This document shows positions 19,067 through 27,874 of a stretch of 58,245 nucleotides of DNA, piece by piece. The first letter of the stretch is position 1, and every line of letters begins with the position of its first letter. Origin of the DNA: a virus (Duplodnaviria; Caudoviricetes); IMG/VR virus record IMGVR_UViG_3300022868_000022, positions 1 through 58,245 of that record; one strand, 5' to 3'. The position numbers and the translations under genes were made by a program. Below the pieces are notes generated by a model, which was not told the origin of the DNA, did not search any database, and worked only from the letters and a program-made list of their open reading frames with translations.

Positions 19067-19615
19067 ATGGCAAGTTTTGATATAGATAGTTTTAGAGCAA
19101 ATTTTAAAAGTGGAGCAAGAGCATATTTATTCTATGTTACACCAACATTTCCAACATCAATTGGTGCTGATACAGAGCAAGCAACTTATTTAGTTAAAGC
19201 TTCTTCTATACCAACACAAACATTAGAGGAAATTATAACAAATTGGCAAGGTTTTGATTATAAAATGGCTGGTAAGTATGCTTACGCTGATTGGACAGTA
19301 TCATTTAATGTTGATAAAGATGCTAAAATAATTCAATGGTATTATGATTGGCAACGATTGATACATGATCCAACAAGTAATGTTCATTCATCACCTGCAG
19401 ATTATATGGTAGATCAACAACTTGAAATGCTTGATCTTGATGGTACACCTATAGCTAAATACAAATTAGTAGGTGCATGGGCAAAAGAGATTGGAGCTAT
19501 AACATTAGATTACGCTACTAATGAAGTTGCTACATTTGATGTTACATTTACTTATCAATATCATGTAATTGATAGAGGAGCAGGATATGCGAAGGCTGTA
19601 TCATTTGCTGGATAA
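19067..19615 (+). CDS. gp19: Tail tube protein (T4 gp19)
   Basis: GAR..LF.V, W.V.F..D, Y.L.GAW, I.LDY, FDVTF.Y; follows sheath. Confidence 0.93.
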   Translation: MASFDIDSFRANFKSGARAYLFYVTPTFPTSIGADTEQATYLVKASSIPTQTLEEIITNWQGFDYKMAGKYAYADWTVSFNVDKDAKIIQWYYDWQRLIHDPTSNVHSSPADYMVDQQLEMLDLDGTPIAKYKLVGAWAKEIGAITLDYATNEVATFDVTFTYQYHVIDRGAGYAKAVSFAG

Positions 19616-19639
19616 AAATAAAATATAAGAGGATACAAT

Positions 19640-20368
19640 ATGTCAAATTTTAAAGATTATTTAAATGTGTATGAATTTGAAACCGTATTACCTGGTAGCG
19701 GTGAGACAGTAAAATTTAAACCAATAATAACAGGTCAGATCAAAAAACTTTTAACTTATGAAAATAGTACATCAGAAGAAGTTGATATAGCTTTAGATAA
19801 CCTTATTACTTCTTCTGTAATATCAGAAGGATTTGATATCAATAGACTTTATATACAAGATAGATTTTTTCTTTTAGTTGAATTAAGGAAAATGTCTAAA
19901 GGAAGTACTTATCAATTTTCTGCAATATGTCAGAAATGTAAATCACAGATGATAGTTAATGTTGATTTAAAAAATATAGAAGTCATTCCTTATAATGTTG
20001 AAAACGATACAATAAAATTAGATGATAATATATCAGTTAAATTAAAACATATAACAAGAGGTGATCAGAAGCAGTCTTTTGACTTTATTAAGAAAGGATT
20101 ATCTGATACTCAAAAAATGGCTGAGATGATGATAGGATCATACGCTTCATCCATAACATCTATAACAACACCAGAAGGTGAAGATGAAAATATTGATATA
20201 GCTGATAAAATTTATTTCATTAATAATTTACCTCAAGGTATGTATGAAAAAGTAACAACATGGTCCAAAGAAAATGATTTTGGATTAAATTTCTCTTATG
20301 ACACTGTATGTAGGTCATGCGGTAATAAAAAGACCATAGATATACCTCTAGAGAATTTTTTTTTCTAA
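19640..20368 (+). CDS. gp26: Baseplate hub/tail assembly chaperone (T4 gp26-like)
   Basis: LPGSG..VKFKP, D.FFL..LR..SKG, two CxxC, ends ENFFF. Confidence 0.8.
   Translation: MSNFKDYLNVYEFETVLPGSGETVKFKPIITGQIKKLLTYENSTSEEVDIALDNLITSSVISEGFDINRLYIQDRFFLLVELRKMSKGSTYQFSAICQKCKSQMIVNVDLKNIEVIPYNVENDTIKLDDNISVKLKHITRGDQKQSFDFIKKGLSDTQKMAEMMIGSYASSITSITTPEGEDENIDIADKIYFINNLPQGMYEKVTTWSKENDFGLNFSYDTVCRSCGNKKTIDIPLENFFF
20356..20365 (+). other. Candidate -1 ribosomal frameshift site (T9C)
   Basis: AAT TTT TTT TTC TAA; the -1 frame reads TTT CTA ATA AAA ATG into 20374..20547. Confidence 0.6.
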
Positions 20369-20373
20369 TAAAA

Positions 20374-20547
20374 ATGATATATTTCGATGATAATATATCA
20401 AATATCATGGAAGAGCAATACCAATTAGCTAGAAAAATTAATATATCAGTATCAGAATCTAATATGTTACCAATATTTGAGATGGAGTCTTATGTAGATA
20501 TGTTAATAAAAGAATTAAATCAAGAAAAAGAGAACTTAAAATTATAA
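20374..20547 (+). CDS. Small hub assembly protein (gp51-like) or frameshift extension of the chaperone
   Basis: Manual translation MIYFDDNISNIMEEQYQLARKINISVSESNMLPIFEMESYVDMLIKELNQEKENLKL; no SD. Confidence 0.7.
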   Translation: MIYFDDNISNIMEEQYQLARKINISVSESNMLPIFEMESYVDMLIKELNQEKENLKL

Positions 20548-20956
20548 GAATAAGAGAATGGAATGAATATAATAAAAACAATAGATAAATATTTAATGGA
20601 AAGTAAAAATTCTAGTAAAGTTGCTATTATTAATGCTATGGAAATATATTTTGATTATATGGGTGATGATCCAATATATAATAAACAATCTGAAATGGAT
20701 AAAGGCGAAAATATTATAATTAAATGGATTGATAAAAATTTAACAAAATCAATACTTGATGAAAAAGATTATTCAAAAAAAGTTACTAAAATTAAAATAA
20801 TGCTTAATAAAATTAAGAAAGAAAAAATTAAAAATAAACATCTTGAAATATTTAAAGAAATGTTAAGTGATAAAACAAAAAAAGAATATTTTGCTGAAGA
20901 ATTAGCTACACCCGATAAAATATAAAAATATGAATATATAGAACTTAAAATTATAA
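20531..20956 (+). repeat. 17-bp direct repeats (20531-20547, 20940-20956) flanking the 20563..20925 gene
   Basis: agaacttaaaattataa, exact in both places. Confidence 0.8.
20563..20925 (+). CDS. Putative internal head protein inserted in the tail operon
   Basis: MNIIKTIDKYLME. Confidence 0.65.
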   Translation: MNIIKTIDKYLMESKNSSKVAIINAMEIYFDYMGDDPIYNKQSEMDKGENIIIKWIDKNLTKSILDEKDYSKKVTKIKIMLNKIKKEKIKNKHLEIFKEMLSDKTKKEYFAEELATPDKI

Positions 20957-20959
20957 ATA
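20952..20959 (+). promoter_or_regulatory. T4-type late promoter TATAAATA
   Basis: Exact consensus upstream of the tape measure gene. Confidence 0.65.
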
Positions 20960-20999
20960 GATGTAAGTCTCACTTTAAGCTTAAAGCTTAATGGATCGT

Positions 21000-21044
21000 A
21001 AAGGTCTAAAGGACGGTTTAACCTCAATCCTTTAGACCTTTTTT
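21000..21044 (+). terminator. Intrinsic terminator-like hairpin
   Basis: 14-bp perfect stem aaaggtctaaagga/tcctttagaccttt, 14-nt loop, T run. Confidence 0.75.
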
Positions 21045-21059
21045 AATTTGGAGTAATAA

Positions 21060-23441
21060 ATGCCTGAAAAAACAATTAATATAGAAGATATAATAAATGA
21101 TTTAAGAAAATCCGTAGATGAAACTAAAAAAATTACATTATCTACAGATGATTTATATAAAAGAAATCAAGAAGCTATTGATAAATTATATAAAAAAGAT
21201 ACTTTCAAAAAAATGGATAATACTGTATCTAATTCAATGTCTGGTATATCTAATTCTATTAAAATGGCTTTTTCTGGTATGTCTGGAAGTATTAAAAATT
21301 TCTTTTCTAAGAAACCAATAGATGATCTAAAAGAAGAAGTAAAAAGTGGATTAGAAAATGTTGGAACTGTTACAGGTAAACACATGTCTGATATTATGGG
21401 ATCTACATTTATGAGTGTTTTTGATGATCTTAAATCTGTTGCTGGTTCAATATGGAATATGAGTAAAAATGCTTTGGGATTTTTTACTGGAAATGAAGAA
21501 GATGAAACTGATAGTGAAAAAGCTACACAAGAAATAAGAGATAGTATTGATGAATTAACTAGTGGTGGTAAACTTGAAACATATAGTCCTGATATACAAG
21601 AAGCCTTTAAATTTTTGAGTGAAAATTTAGGTGATGATGCTGAAAAAACACAAGATATTTTATCTTTATTAAATGAAAATTTTGAAGAAAATCAATTGGC
21701 TAGAACTAAAGCTGCTCTTAAAGATAAACAACCTAAAATTAAATCAACACCACTTATGATGGCTGTTATGGCATTAGGTGTTTTAATAGGTGCTGTTGTA
21801 AAAAGTCTTATTATACCATTTGAGTTATTATATCAAGGTCTTAATAAGTTAATGCCTATAGGTAAATGGCTTAGTGATTTAGGATCATCATTATTAAAAT
21901 TACCTGGATTAAAAACTTTTGGTAAAGGTGGTAAAGGTCTTGAAATACTTGGTAAAATTAGTGGTTTTTTTAAAGAACTTCCTAAAAGATCTAAATTAAT
22001 AGGAAAATTTGTTAAAGGATTTATGAAAGGATTTAAAATTCTTGGTTGGCCTTTGACTATATTACTTGGTGTTATTGATTTTATAAAAGGATTTATGACA
22101 ACTGAGGGTAGTATTATAGATAAAATTAAAGGTGGTTTAATAGGAGCTATTAAAGGATTTATAGAATTTCCTGTTAAGGTCATTGGTTGGATTGCTGATA
22201 AAATTTTAGGTCTTTTTGGTGTTGAAATAAAAGGCGGTGCTGGTAATGCGATGATGAAAGGCCTTATGTGGGTAGTTAGTAAAGCATTGGATGTAATATT
22301 ATGGCCATACAGAATGCTATATAAAGGTATTAAAAAAATTATAGATTTTTTTAGTTCAAGCAAAGAAGGAGAAGAAGGACCAGGTATATTAGATAAAATT
22401 AAAGAATATGCTATTTTAGGTCTTAAAATAGTATTTGCTCCATATTATCTTGCTTATAAAGGTATTAAAAAAATTATAGATTTTTTTAGTTCAAGCAAAG
22501 AAGGAGAAGAGGGACCAGGTATATTAGATAAAATTAAAGAATATGCTATTTTAGGTCTTAAAATAGTATTTGCTCCATATTATCTTGCTTATAAAGGTAT
22601 TAAAAAAATTATAGATTTTTTTAGTTCAAGCAAAGAAGGAGAAGAAGGACCAGGTATTTTAGATAAATTAATTGATGCGTCTAAACAGGCATTATATTTT
22701 ATAACATGGCCATATAGAATGTTATATAAAGGTCTTATATGGTTAGTTGGTAAAGCAACAGAATTTGCTGCATCTGATACAGGACAATCTGTGTTAGATA
22801 CTATAATTGATATGTCTAAACAAGCAATAGATTTTATAACATGGCCATACAGAATGTTATATAAAGGTATTAAAAAAATTATTGATTGGTTTGCTACATC
22901 AGAAGGCGGTGAACCAAGTATATTAGATCAACTTTGGACTTATCTTAAAGAACTTCCAGGCAAAGTTAAAGATTGGATTTTAGAAAATGTACCTGGTGCT
23001 AAATTAGCTGCTAAAGCGGGTGGTGCTATAGCAAGCGGTGCTAAAAAAGCTGCTGGTGGTGTTAAAAATGCTTGGAATTGGGCATGGGGTAATGATAAAG
23101 AAGAAGAAGAAAAAAATGTTGAAAAAAAGAAATCTATACAAGATTTAACAAAAACTAAAGTACCATCAACTCAAAATAAAATAGATGATATTGAAAAAGA
23201 AAAAGCATTAATGTTGGCAAAAGAAAAAAAAGATGTTGCTGATTTAAATAAAAAATCATCAGAACAATTAGAAAAAGCAAATAAATTAATTAAAGAGCAA
23301 ACTAAAGAAGGTAAAGAAGGTACTAAATCTATGGTTAATGTAATATCATCAACTTCAAATCAACAAAACATACAACCAGATGAAATTAAAGATGAAATAG
23401 AAAGTTTTGGTTTGTTGATTGGTAATAAAGGAATGTCATAA
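21060..23441 (+). CDS. Tape measure protein
   Basis: Long helical G/K/L-rich protein with hydrophobic segments and repeats; lies between chaperone and baseplate genes. Confidence 0.8.
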   Translation: MPEKTINIEDIINDLRKSVDETKKITLSTDDLYKRNQEAIDKLYKKDTFKKMDNTVSNSMSGISNSIKMAFSGMSGSIKNFFSKKPIDDLKEEVKSGLENVGTVTGKHMSDIMGSTFMSVFDDLKSVAGSIWNMSKNALGFFTGNEEDETDSEKATQEIRDSIDELTSGGKLETYSPDIQEAFKFLSENLGDDAEKTQDILSLLNENFEENQLARTKAALKDKQPKIKSTPLMMAVMALGVLIGAVVKSLIIPFELLYQGLNKLMPIGKWLSDLGSSLLKLPGLKTFGKGGKGLEILGKISGFFKELPKRSKLIGKFVKGFMKGFKILGWPLTILLGVIDFIKGFMTTEGSIIDKIKGGLIGAIKGFIEFPVKVIGWIADKILGLFGVEIKGGAGNAMMKGLMWVVSKALDVILWPYRMLYKGIKKIIDFFSSSKEGEEGPGILDKIKEYAILGLKIVFAPYYLAYKGIKKIIDFFSSSKEGEEGPGILDKIKEYAILGLKIVFAPYYLAYKGIKKIIDFFSSSKEGEEGPGILDKLIDASKQALYFITWPYRMLYKGLIWLVGKATEFAASDTGQSVLDTIIDMSKQAIDFITWPYRMLYKGIKKIIDWFATSEGGEPSILDQLWTYLKELPGKVKDWILENVPGAKLAAKAGGAIASGAKKAAGGVKNAWNWAWGNDKEEEEKNVEKKKSIQDLTKTKVPSTQNKIDDIEKEKALMLAKEKKDVADLNKKSSEQLEKANKLIKEQTKEGKEGTKSMVNVISSTSNQQNIQPDEIKDEIESFGLLIGNKGMS
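22290..22940 (+). repeat. 135-nt (45-aa) tandem repeats in the tape measure
   Basis: tataaaggt at 22320, 22455, 22590, 22725, 22860. Confidence 0.9.
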
Positions 23442-24409
23442 TGAATATAGGTACATCAGTCAAAGGATTAGCTGGGATAGGAGCAAATAGACTTGTTGAT
23501 GCTGCTCAAGAAAAATTACTTGGTCGTAATTTTATTAGAAGACCTCGTGGAATAGCTGTACCTCATGCATTTCATATAGGGTCTTTATGGATTGTTTTAG
23601 ATGTTTTTAAATTACCTGATAGTTCTGTTTGTCGTATCGAAAAAAATATTAATAGTGGTGATTTAACAACAAAAATACAATTTGCTTTCTTAGCACCTAA
23701 TTCTATAATAGAAGCTATAGGTCATACATGGGATAGTTATGAGACTATTTTATCTATGGCTCAACAAAAGGTTAAACAAGGAAAAACATTTGTTAAAAAA
23801 GGAGGCCAAATTTTTAAAACAGGAAAAGATGTTGTTAAAAGTTTTGGATCTTCTGAAAATATAGATTCAGCTATGACAAATGTTCGTCAAGGCATGGGTG
23901 TTGAATCTCCTGTAAAATATAAGGTAGATACACCTTTAGTATATCAAGATTCAAATAGGAGAAAATATGATTTTGAATTTAATTTAATTGATGAAGGTGA
24001 TCCTGGATGTGATATAATGATGCCAATAAGAAAATTGGAAGAATATTCTAGTGCTCAAGCAATAAGAGATGCTGCTGCTGGCCCAACAGGTAAAATTAAT
24101 TTTCCTTATGTGTTTAGAATATCATCATTTCCTAGTGATATGATAAAAGTTAAATACGCTGCTCTTGAAATGATAACAGCAACATATAATGGACCATATA
24201 AATGGGGATATCCTACATCAGCTACCCTTCAATTATCATTTGTTGATTTAGAACCTACATATAGTAGTACATTTACACAAACAAGTAAATTATCTATCAC
24301 ATTTAGTGGTAAAGCAGATATGATAACAAAAAAAGCAACTCAATTAAAAAAAGATATAGTTAGTTCACCTGCTTATAATGCTATATCACAAAAATTTACA
24401 AGAACATAA
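23441..24409 (+). CDS. Baseplate tail-tube cap/initiator (gp48/gp54-like)
   Basis: H.W, RR.Y.FEF.L, FP.VF, P...L.LSF.DLEP; position. Confidence 0.6.
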   Translation: MNIGTSVKGLAGIGANRLVDAAQEKLLGRNFIRRPRGIAVPHAFHIGSLWIVLDVFKLPDSSVCRIEKNINSGDLTTKIQFAFLAPNSIIEAIGHTWDSYETILSMAQQKVKQGKTFVKKGGQIFKTGKDVVKSFGSSENIDSAMTNVRQGMGVESPVKYKVDTPLVYQDSNRRKYDFEFNLIDEGDPGCDIMMPIRKLEEYSSAQAIRDAAAGPTGKINFPYVFRISSFPSDMIKVKYAALEMITATYNGPYKWGYPTSATLQLSFVDLEPTYSSTFTQTSKLSITFSGKADMITKKATQLKKDIVSSPAYNAISQKFTRT

Positions 24410-24416
24410 GGATATT

Positions 24417-24797
24417 ATGGCAGCAACAACTAAAGTAACAACTGATTTTTATACTCTAACTGATCATAGACTCAGCAATGTATCATTTTTAAAACTATTT
24501 AATATACTGGAAGAAAGTAATACTAAATACATGAATTTTTTTAGATCATATAGCATTAATGATGACATTCTTAATAATACTCTATATTACTTTACTTATG
24601 ATGTTGAAAACGAAGATTGGTGGGATATGATATCATTTAAAATTTATGGATCATCTAATTTATGGTGGGTTATATGTATGATGAATAATATTATTAATCC
24701 ATATGAAGAATTGTCTGAAGGTGATCAAATAAAAGTTCTTAAAGAAAGTTATTTGTATATGTTGTTAAAAGAAATAGAAAGTATATCGGAGTTATAA
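24417..24797 (+). CDS. gp53: Baseplate wedge subunit (gp53-like, LysM-like)
   Basis: YDV..ED.WD.IS.KIYG...LWW.I..MNNI.NP..EL. Confidence 0.8.
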   Translation: MAATTKVTTDFYTLTDHRLSNVSFLKLFNILEESNTKYMNFFRSYSINDDILNNTLYYFTYDVENEDWWDMISFKIYGSSNLWWVICMMNNIINPYEELSEGDQIKVLKESYLYMLLKEIESISEL

Positions 24798-24798
24798 T

Positions 24799-26064
24799 AT
24801 GTCAGTAGATACTAGTAAAAAACAAGATCATGGGTCGGTATACTCAATAATAATAGAGCTTGATAATCAAATGGTTACATTAAATAACAAAGATATCAAG
24901 AATTTTTATTTCATAGAAGATATAATGTCATTCTGTATTGTTGGTAAACTTGTATTTGATGATATGGTAGGACTTTTTGAATTTGGTCCTTTCACTGGTA
25001 ATGAAAAAATTCATCTTATTTATGGTGAAGATAGTGATATCATTAGAAAATTTGATATATATAAAGTTAATAATATAACTCAAAATATGGGATCACAAAT
25101 AACAAGTGCTAATACAATTGAATTGCTGATAGTTGATACCACTTTTATGAACTTGACTAATAAAAAATTTAGTAAGTCATGGAAGGATACTAAAATATCA
25201 TCTATAGTATCAGATGTAGCAACTGATATGTTAGATATTGAAGAATTTGAAGAATTTGAAGACACTAACGAAACACTTGATTATTTTTATATGCCTTATT
25301 GGACACCACAAGAAACTTTATTATGGTTGATGAGGCGTAGTTCTAGTAATCAATTAGATGAAGCAGGTTATTTATTTTATAATAACACCAAAGGAACTAA
25401 TTTTGTAACACTTGAAAAACTTTTACAACAAAAAAAATTAATGTCATCTTTTGGTACAGGTATATCTAAAGATAATGGTATATATGTATTTGAGAGCGCT
25501 AATCTTTATCTTAGAAATAAAATATTATCATGGAATATTAGCAGCATTGATCTAACAGGAGCTAGCGTTTTAAAAGGAAGTAATAGACTAGGCTATAATT
25601 TTAAAACTAAAACATTTATCAATAATAGTTATGATTATTCCACTTCAATATCTAAATATACTATGTTAGGTAAAAAAACCTTATTTACTGATATAAGTGA
25701 TAGTACTACAAGATATGTACTTGATGGTGAAAGTGATTCTAATATTATTGATAATATATATTATAGCAGATTCATTAAGAAATATTGTTTACAGCAATGT
25801 GTTTCAATTGTAACAAGAGGATGTGAAGGAAGATATGCTGGTGGTATGATAGAAATAAATTGGCTTAGTACTAGTGGTAAAGAGAAAACAAATTTATTGC
25901 TTAAGGGAAAATATCTTATTAAGTCTATAACTCATAGTTTTACTAATGGTACACCACAATATAAAAATAAAATGGTATTAATTAAAAATGCTTATAGTGA
26001 TATACATCATAAGACACTTGTTAAATCAGTTAAGACTAATATATCAGGTGTTAGGAGTGCATAA
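24799..26064 (+). CDS. Baseplate hub protein (gp27/gpD-like)
   Basis: P.WTP...L.WL, YLFY, G.YLI.SI.H; precedes gp5. Confidence 0.7.
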   Translation: MSVDTSKKQDHGSVYSIIIELDNQMVTLNNKDIKNFYFIEDIMSFCIVGKLVFDDMVGLFEFGPFTGNEKIHLIYGEDSDIIRKFDIYKVNNITQNMGSQITSANTIELLIVDTTFMNLTNKKFSKSWKDTKISSIVSDVATDMLDIEEFEEFEDTNETLDYFYMPYWTPQETLLWLMRRSSSNQLDEAGYLFYNNTKGTNFVTLEKLLQQKKLMSSFGTGISKDNGIYVFESANLYLRNKILSWNISSIDLTGASVLKGSNRLGYNFKTKTFINNSYDYSTSISKYTMLGKKTLFTDISDSTTRYVLDGESDSNIIDNIYYSRFIKKYCLQQCVSIVTRGCEGRYAGGMIEINWLSTSGKEKTNLLLKGKYLIKSITHSFTNGTPQYKNKMVLIKNAYSDIHHKTLVKSVKTNISGVRSA

Positions 26065-27257
26065 TGATAAAGAATGAACCACAAGATTATCAGTTAGCAA
26101 GACAAAAACTTGAAGGTATATATCGCGGTGTGATTGAAGCAAATGATGACACTTTAAAAGCTGGTAGATGTAGAATAAGAGTTTTTGGCGTCCATACAGC
26201 TACTAAAATCAAGACCGATATTGAAGGTATACCTACAGATGACTTACCTTGGGCTGAGCCTGTTATGGGTCTATTAGAGGGGTCTGTGTCGGGATTTGGT
26301 TTATGGTCTGTTCCTTTACAGGGATCACATGTAATGTTATTTTTTGAAAATGGAAATATAATGCAGCCAAGATATTTTGCTACTGTGCCTGGCATACCAT
26401 CTGTTGCACCAGATATAGAGCAAGGTTTTAATGATCCTGATGGCACATATCCAATATCAGAAATATTAGCACCTCATAAACCAAATGCATTAAATGAGGC
26501 TGATGTCCATAAATTAGCAAGAGATGTTACTACAAGTACTATAGTCGAATCTAAAAATGCTGCAAGAGATTTAGCAATATCAAAGGCTGGTGGTGGTACG
26601 TGGGACGAACCAGCATCAGGATATAATTCAGTATATCCAAATAACATAGTACTAGCAACACATGGTGGTCTGACTGTAGAAATGGACAATACACCAGATA
26701 ACAGAAGATTTCATATATATCATCCATCTAATACTTATATAGAAGTTTTTGAAAATGGAGATGTTGTAATTAAGAATAATAATAATAAATATGAGATAGT
26801 AACAAATGATAAAAATATTCATATTAAATCAAATGAAAATAAAACAATAGATGGGAACAAGACAAAAAAGATTGGTGGTAATGATACTATAAATATAGCT
26901 GGGAATAAGATAAAAGATGTTACAGGCAATGATAATATAACTATAAAGGGTGCTGTAACAAAAAGTGTTACAGGAAGTCATACTGAAACAATTGGTGGTA
27001 CAATGAATATCACTGTAACAGGAAATTGTACTATAACAGCTCCAACGATTACAGCAACAGGAAATTTTATATCAACAAGTGGTACGTCAGAATTATCAAA
27101 ACAAGGGCCACAAAAAAAATTAATGAATGAAGATCTTATAGATATATTTAACAATCATACTCATAGTGGTGTTCAAACTGGTACAGATACTACAGGAGCT
27201 GTAAATTCAACATCAGCATCATTGACGCAAGCGACAGCAAATTCAACAGCTAGTTAA
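26064..27257 (+). CDS. gp5: Central spike (gp5-like OB fold + beta-helix, no lysozyme domain, HxH apex)
   Basis: YRGV.E...D....GR.RIRVFGVH, LPWA, YP.N, E.DNTP...R..I.HPS, NNHTHSGV. Confidence 0.9.
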   Translation: MIKNEPQDYQLARQKLEGIYRGVIEANDDTLKAGRCRIRVFGVHTATKIKTDIEGIPTDDLPWAEPVMGLLEGSVSGFGLWSVPLQGSHVMLFFENGNIMQPRYFATVPGIPSVAPDIEQGFNDPDGTYPISEILAPHKPNALNEADVHKLARDVTTSTIVESKNAARDLAISKAGGGTWDEPASGYNSVYPNNIVLATHGGLTVEMDNTPDNRRFHIYHPSNTYIEVFENGDVVIKNNNNKYEIVTNDKNIHIKSNENKTIDGNKTKKIGGNDTINIAGNKIKDVTGNDNITIKGAVTKSVTGSHTETIGGTMNITVTGNCTITAPTITATGNFISTSGTSELSKQGPQKKLMNEDLIDIFNNHTHSGVQTGTDTTGAVNSTSASLTQATANSTAS

Positions 27258-27259
27258 TC

Positions 27260-27466
27260 TATGCCGTAGGGCTTAAACCCTAACTCAACCATTGATATTA
27301 AAGGATATACAATATTATGTTGGGATTAAAGAGAATGTTGTAAGACCTTATATATCAATAGTTTACAAAGATTTTATAAATATTATAGGATATATTATAA
27401 GATTTAAGATAATAAATCTTATGCCGTAGGGCTCAAACCCTAACTCAACCATTGATATTAAAGGAT
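27260..27466 (+). repeat. Two 47-bp direct repeats 160 bp apart with an internal hairpin
   Basis: tatgccgtagggct(t/c)aaaccctaactcaaccattgatattaaaggat at 27260 and 27420. Confidence 0.9.
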
Positions 27467-27489
27467 GTAAGAAAAAAGGAAAATAAAAA

Positions 27490-27870
27490 ATGCCAGTTTA
27501 TTCAGATATAGATATTGAATTATCAAGAGCAACAGATGGTGATATAACAAGAGATACGGAATTTGATGCTGTTGAAAATTCATTAAAGAACATAATAACA
27601 ACAATGCAGGGAAGTAGAAGAATGTTACCAGAATTTGCTGTTAATATATACCAAACTCTTTTTGAACCAATGGATGAGAATACAGCTTATACTATAGGTA
27701 CTAAAATTCTTGAAGCTATTGAGCAATGGGATGATAGAATTATTATTAGTAATGTAAATATTAATGCTAACTATGATTCAAATCAATATGAGGTAAAAAT
27801 AGATTATGGTATTAAAGACTTTCCACTTTCAGAAACAAGAACAGTAGATTATATATTAAGACAGGATTAA
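27490..27870 (+). CDS. gp25: Baseplate wedge subunit gp25
   Basis: YSDID, AV.NSLKNI..T..G.R.M.PEF, LFEP, W.DRI. Confidence 0.92.
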   Translation: MPVYSDIDIELSRATDGDITRDTEFDAVENSLKNIITTMQGSRRMLPEFAVNIYQTLFEPMDENTAYTIGTKILEAIEQWDDRIIISNVNINANYDSNQYEVKIDYGIKDFPLSETRTVDYILRQD

Positions 27871-27874
27871 TTAT

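Noticed and set aside
19640-19675. MSNFKDYLNVYE as a capsid leader
   Set aside because: Partial resemblance only; the protein is a gp26-like assembly chaperone
27260-27466. Mini CRISPR array
   Set aside because: Only two repeats, 113-nt spacer, no cas genes in the window
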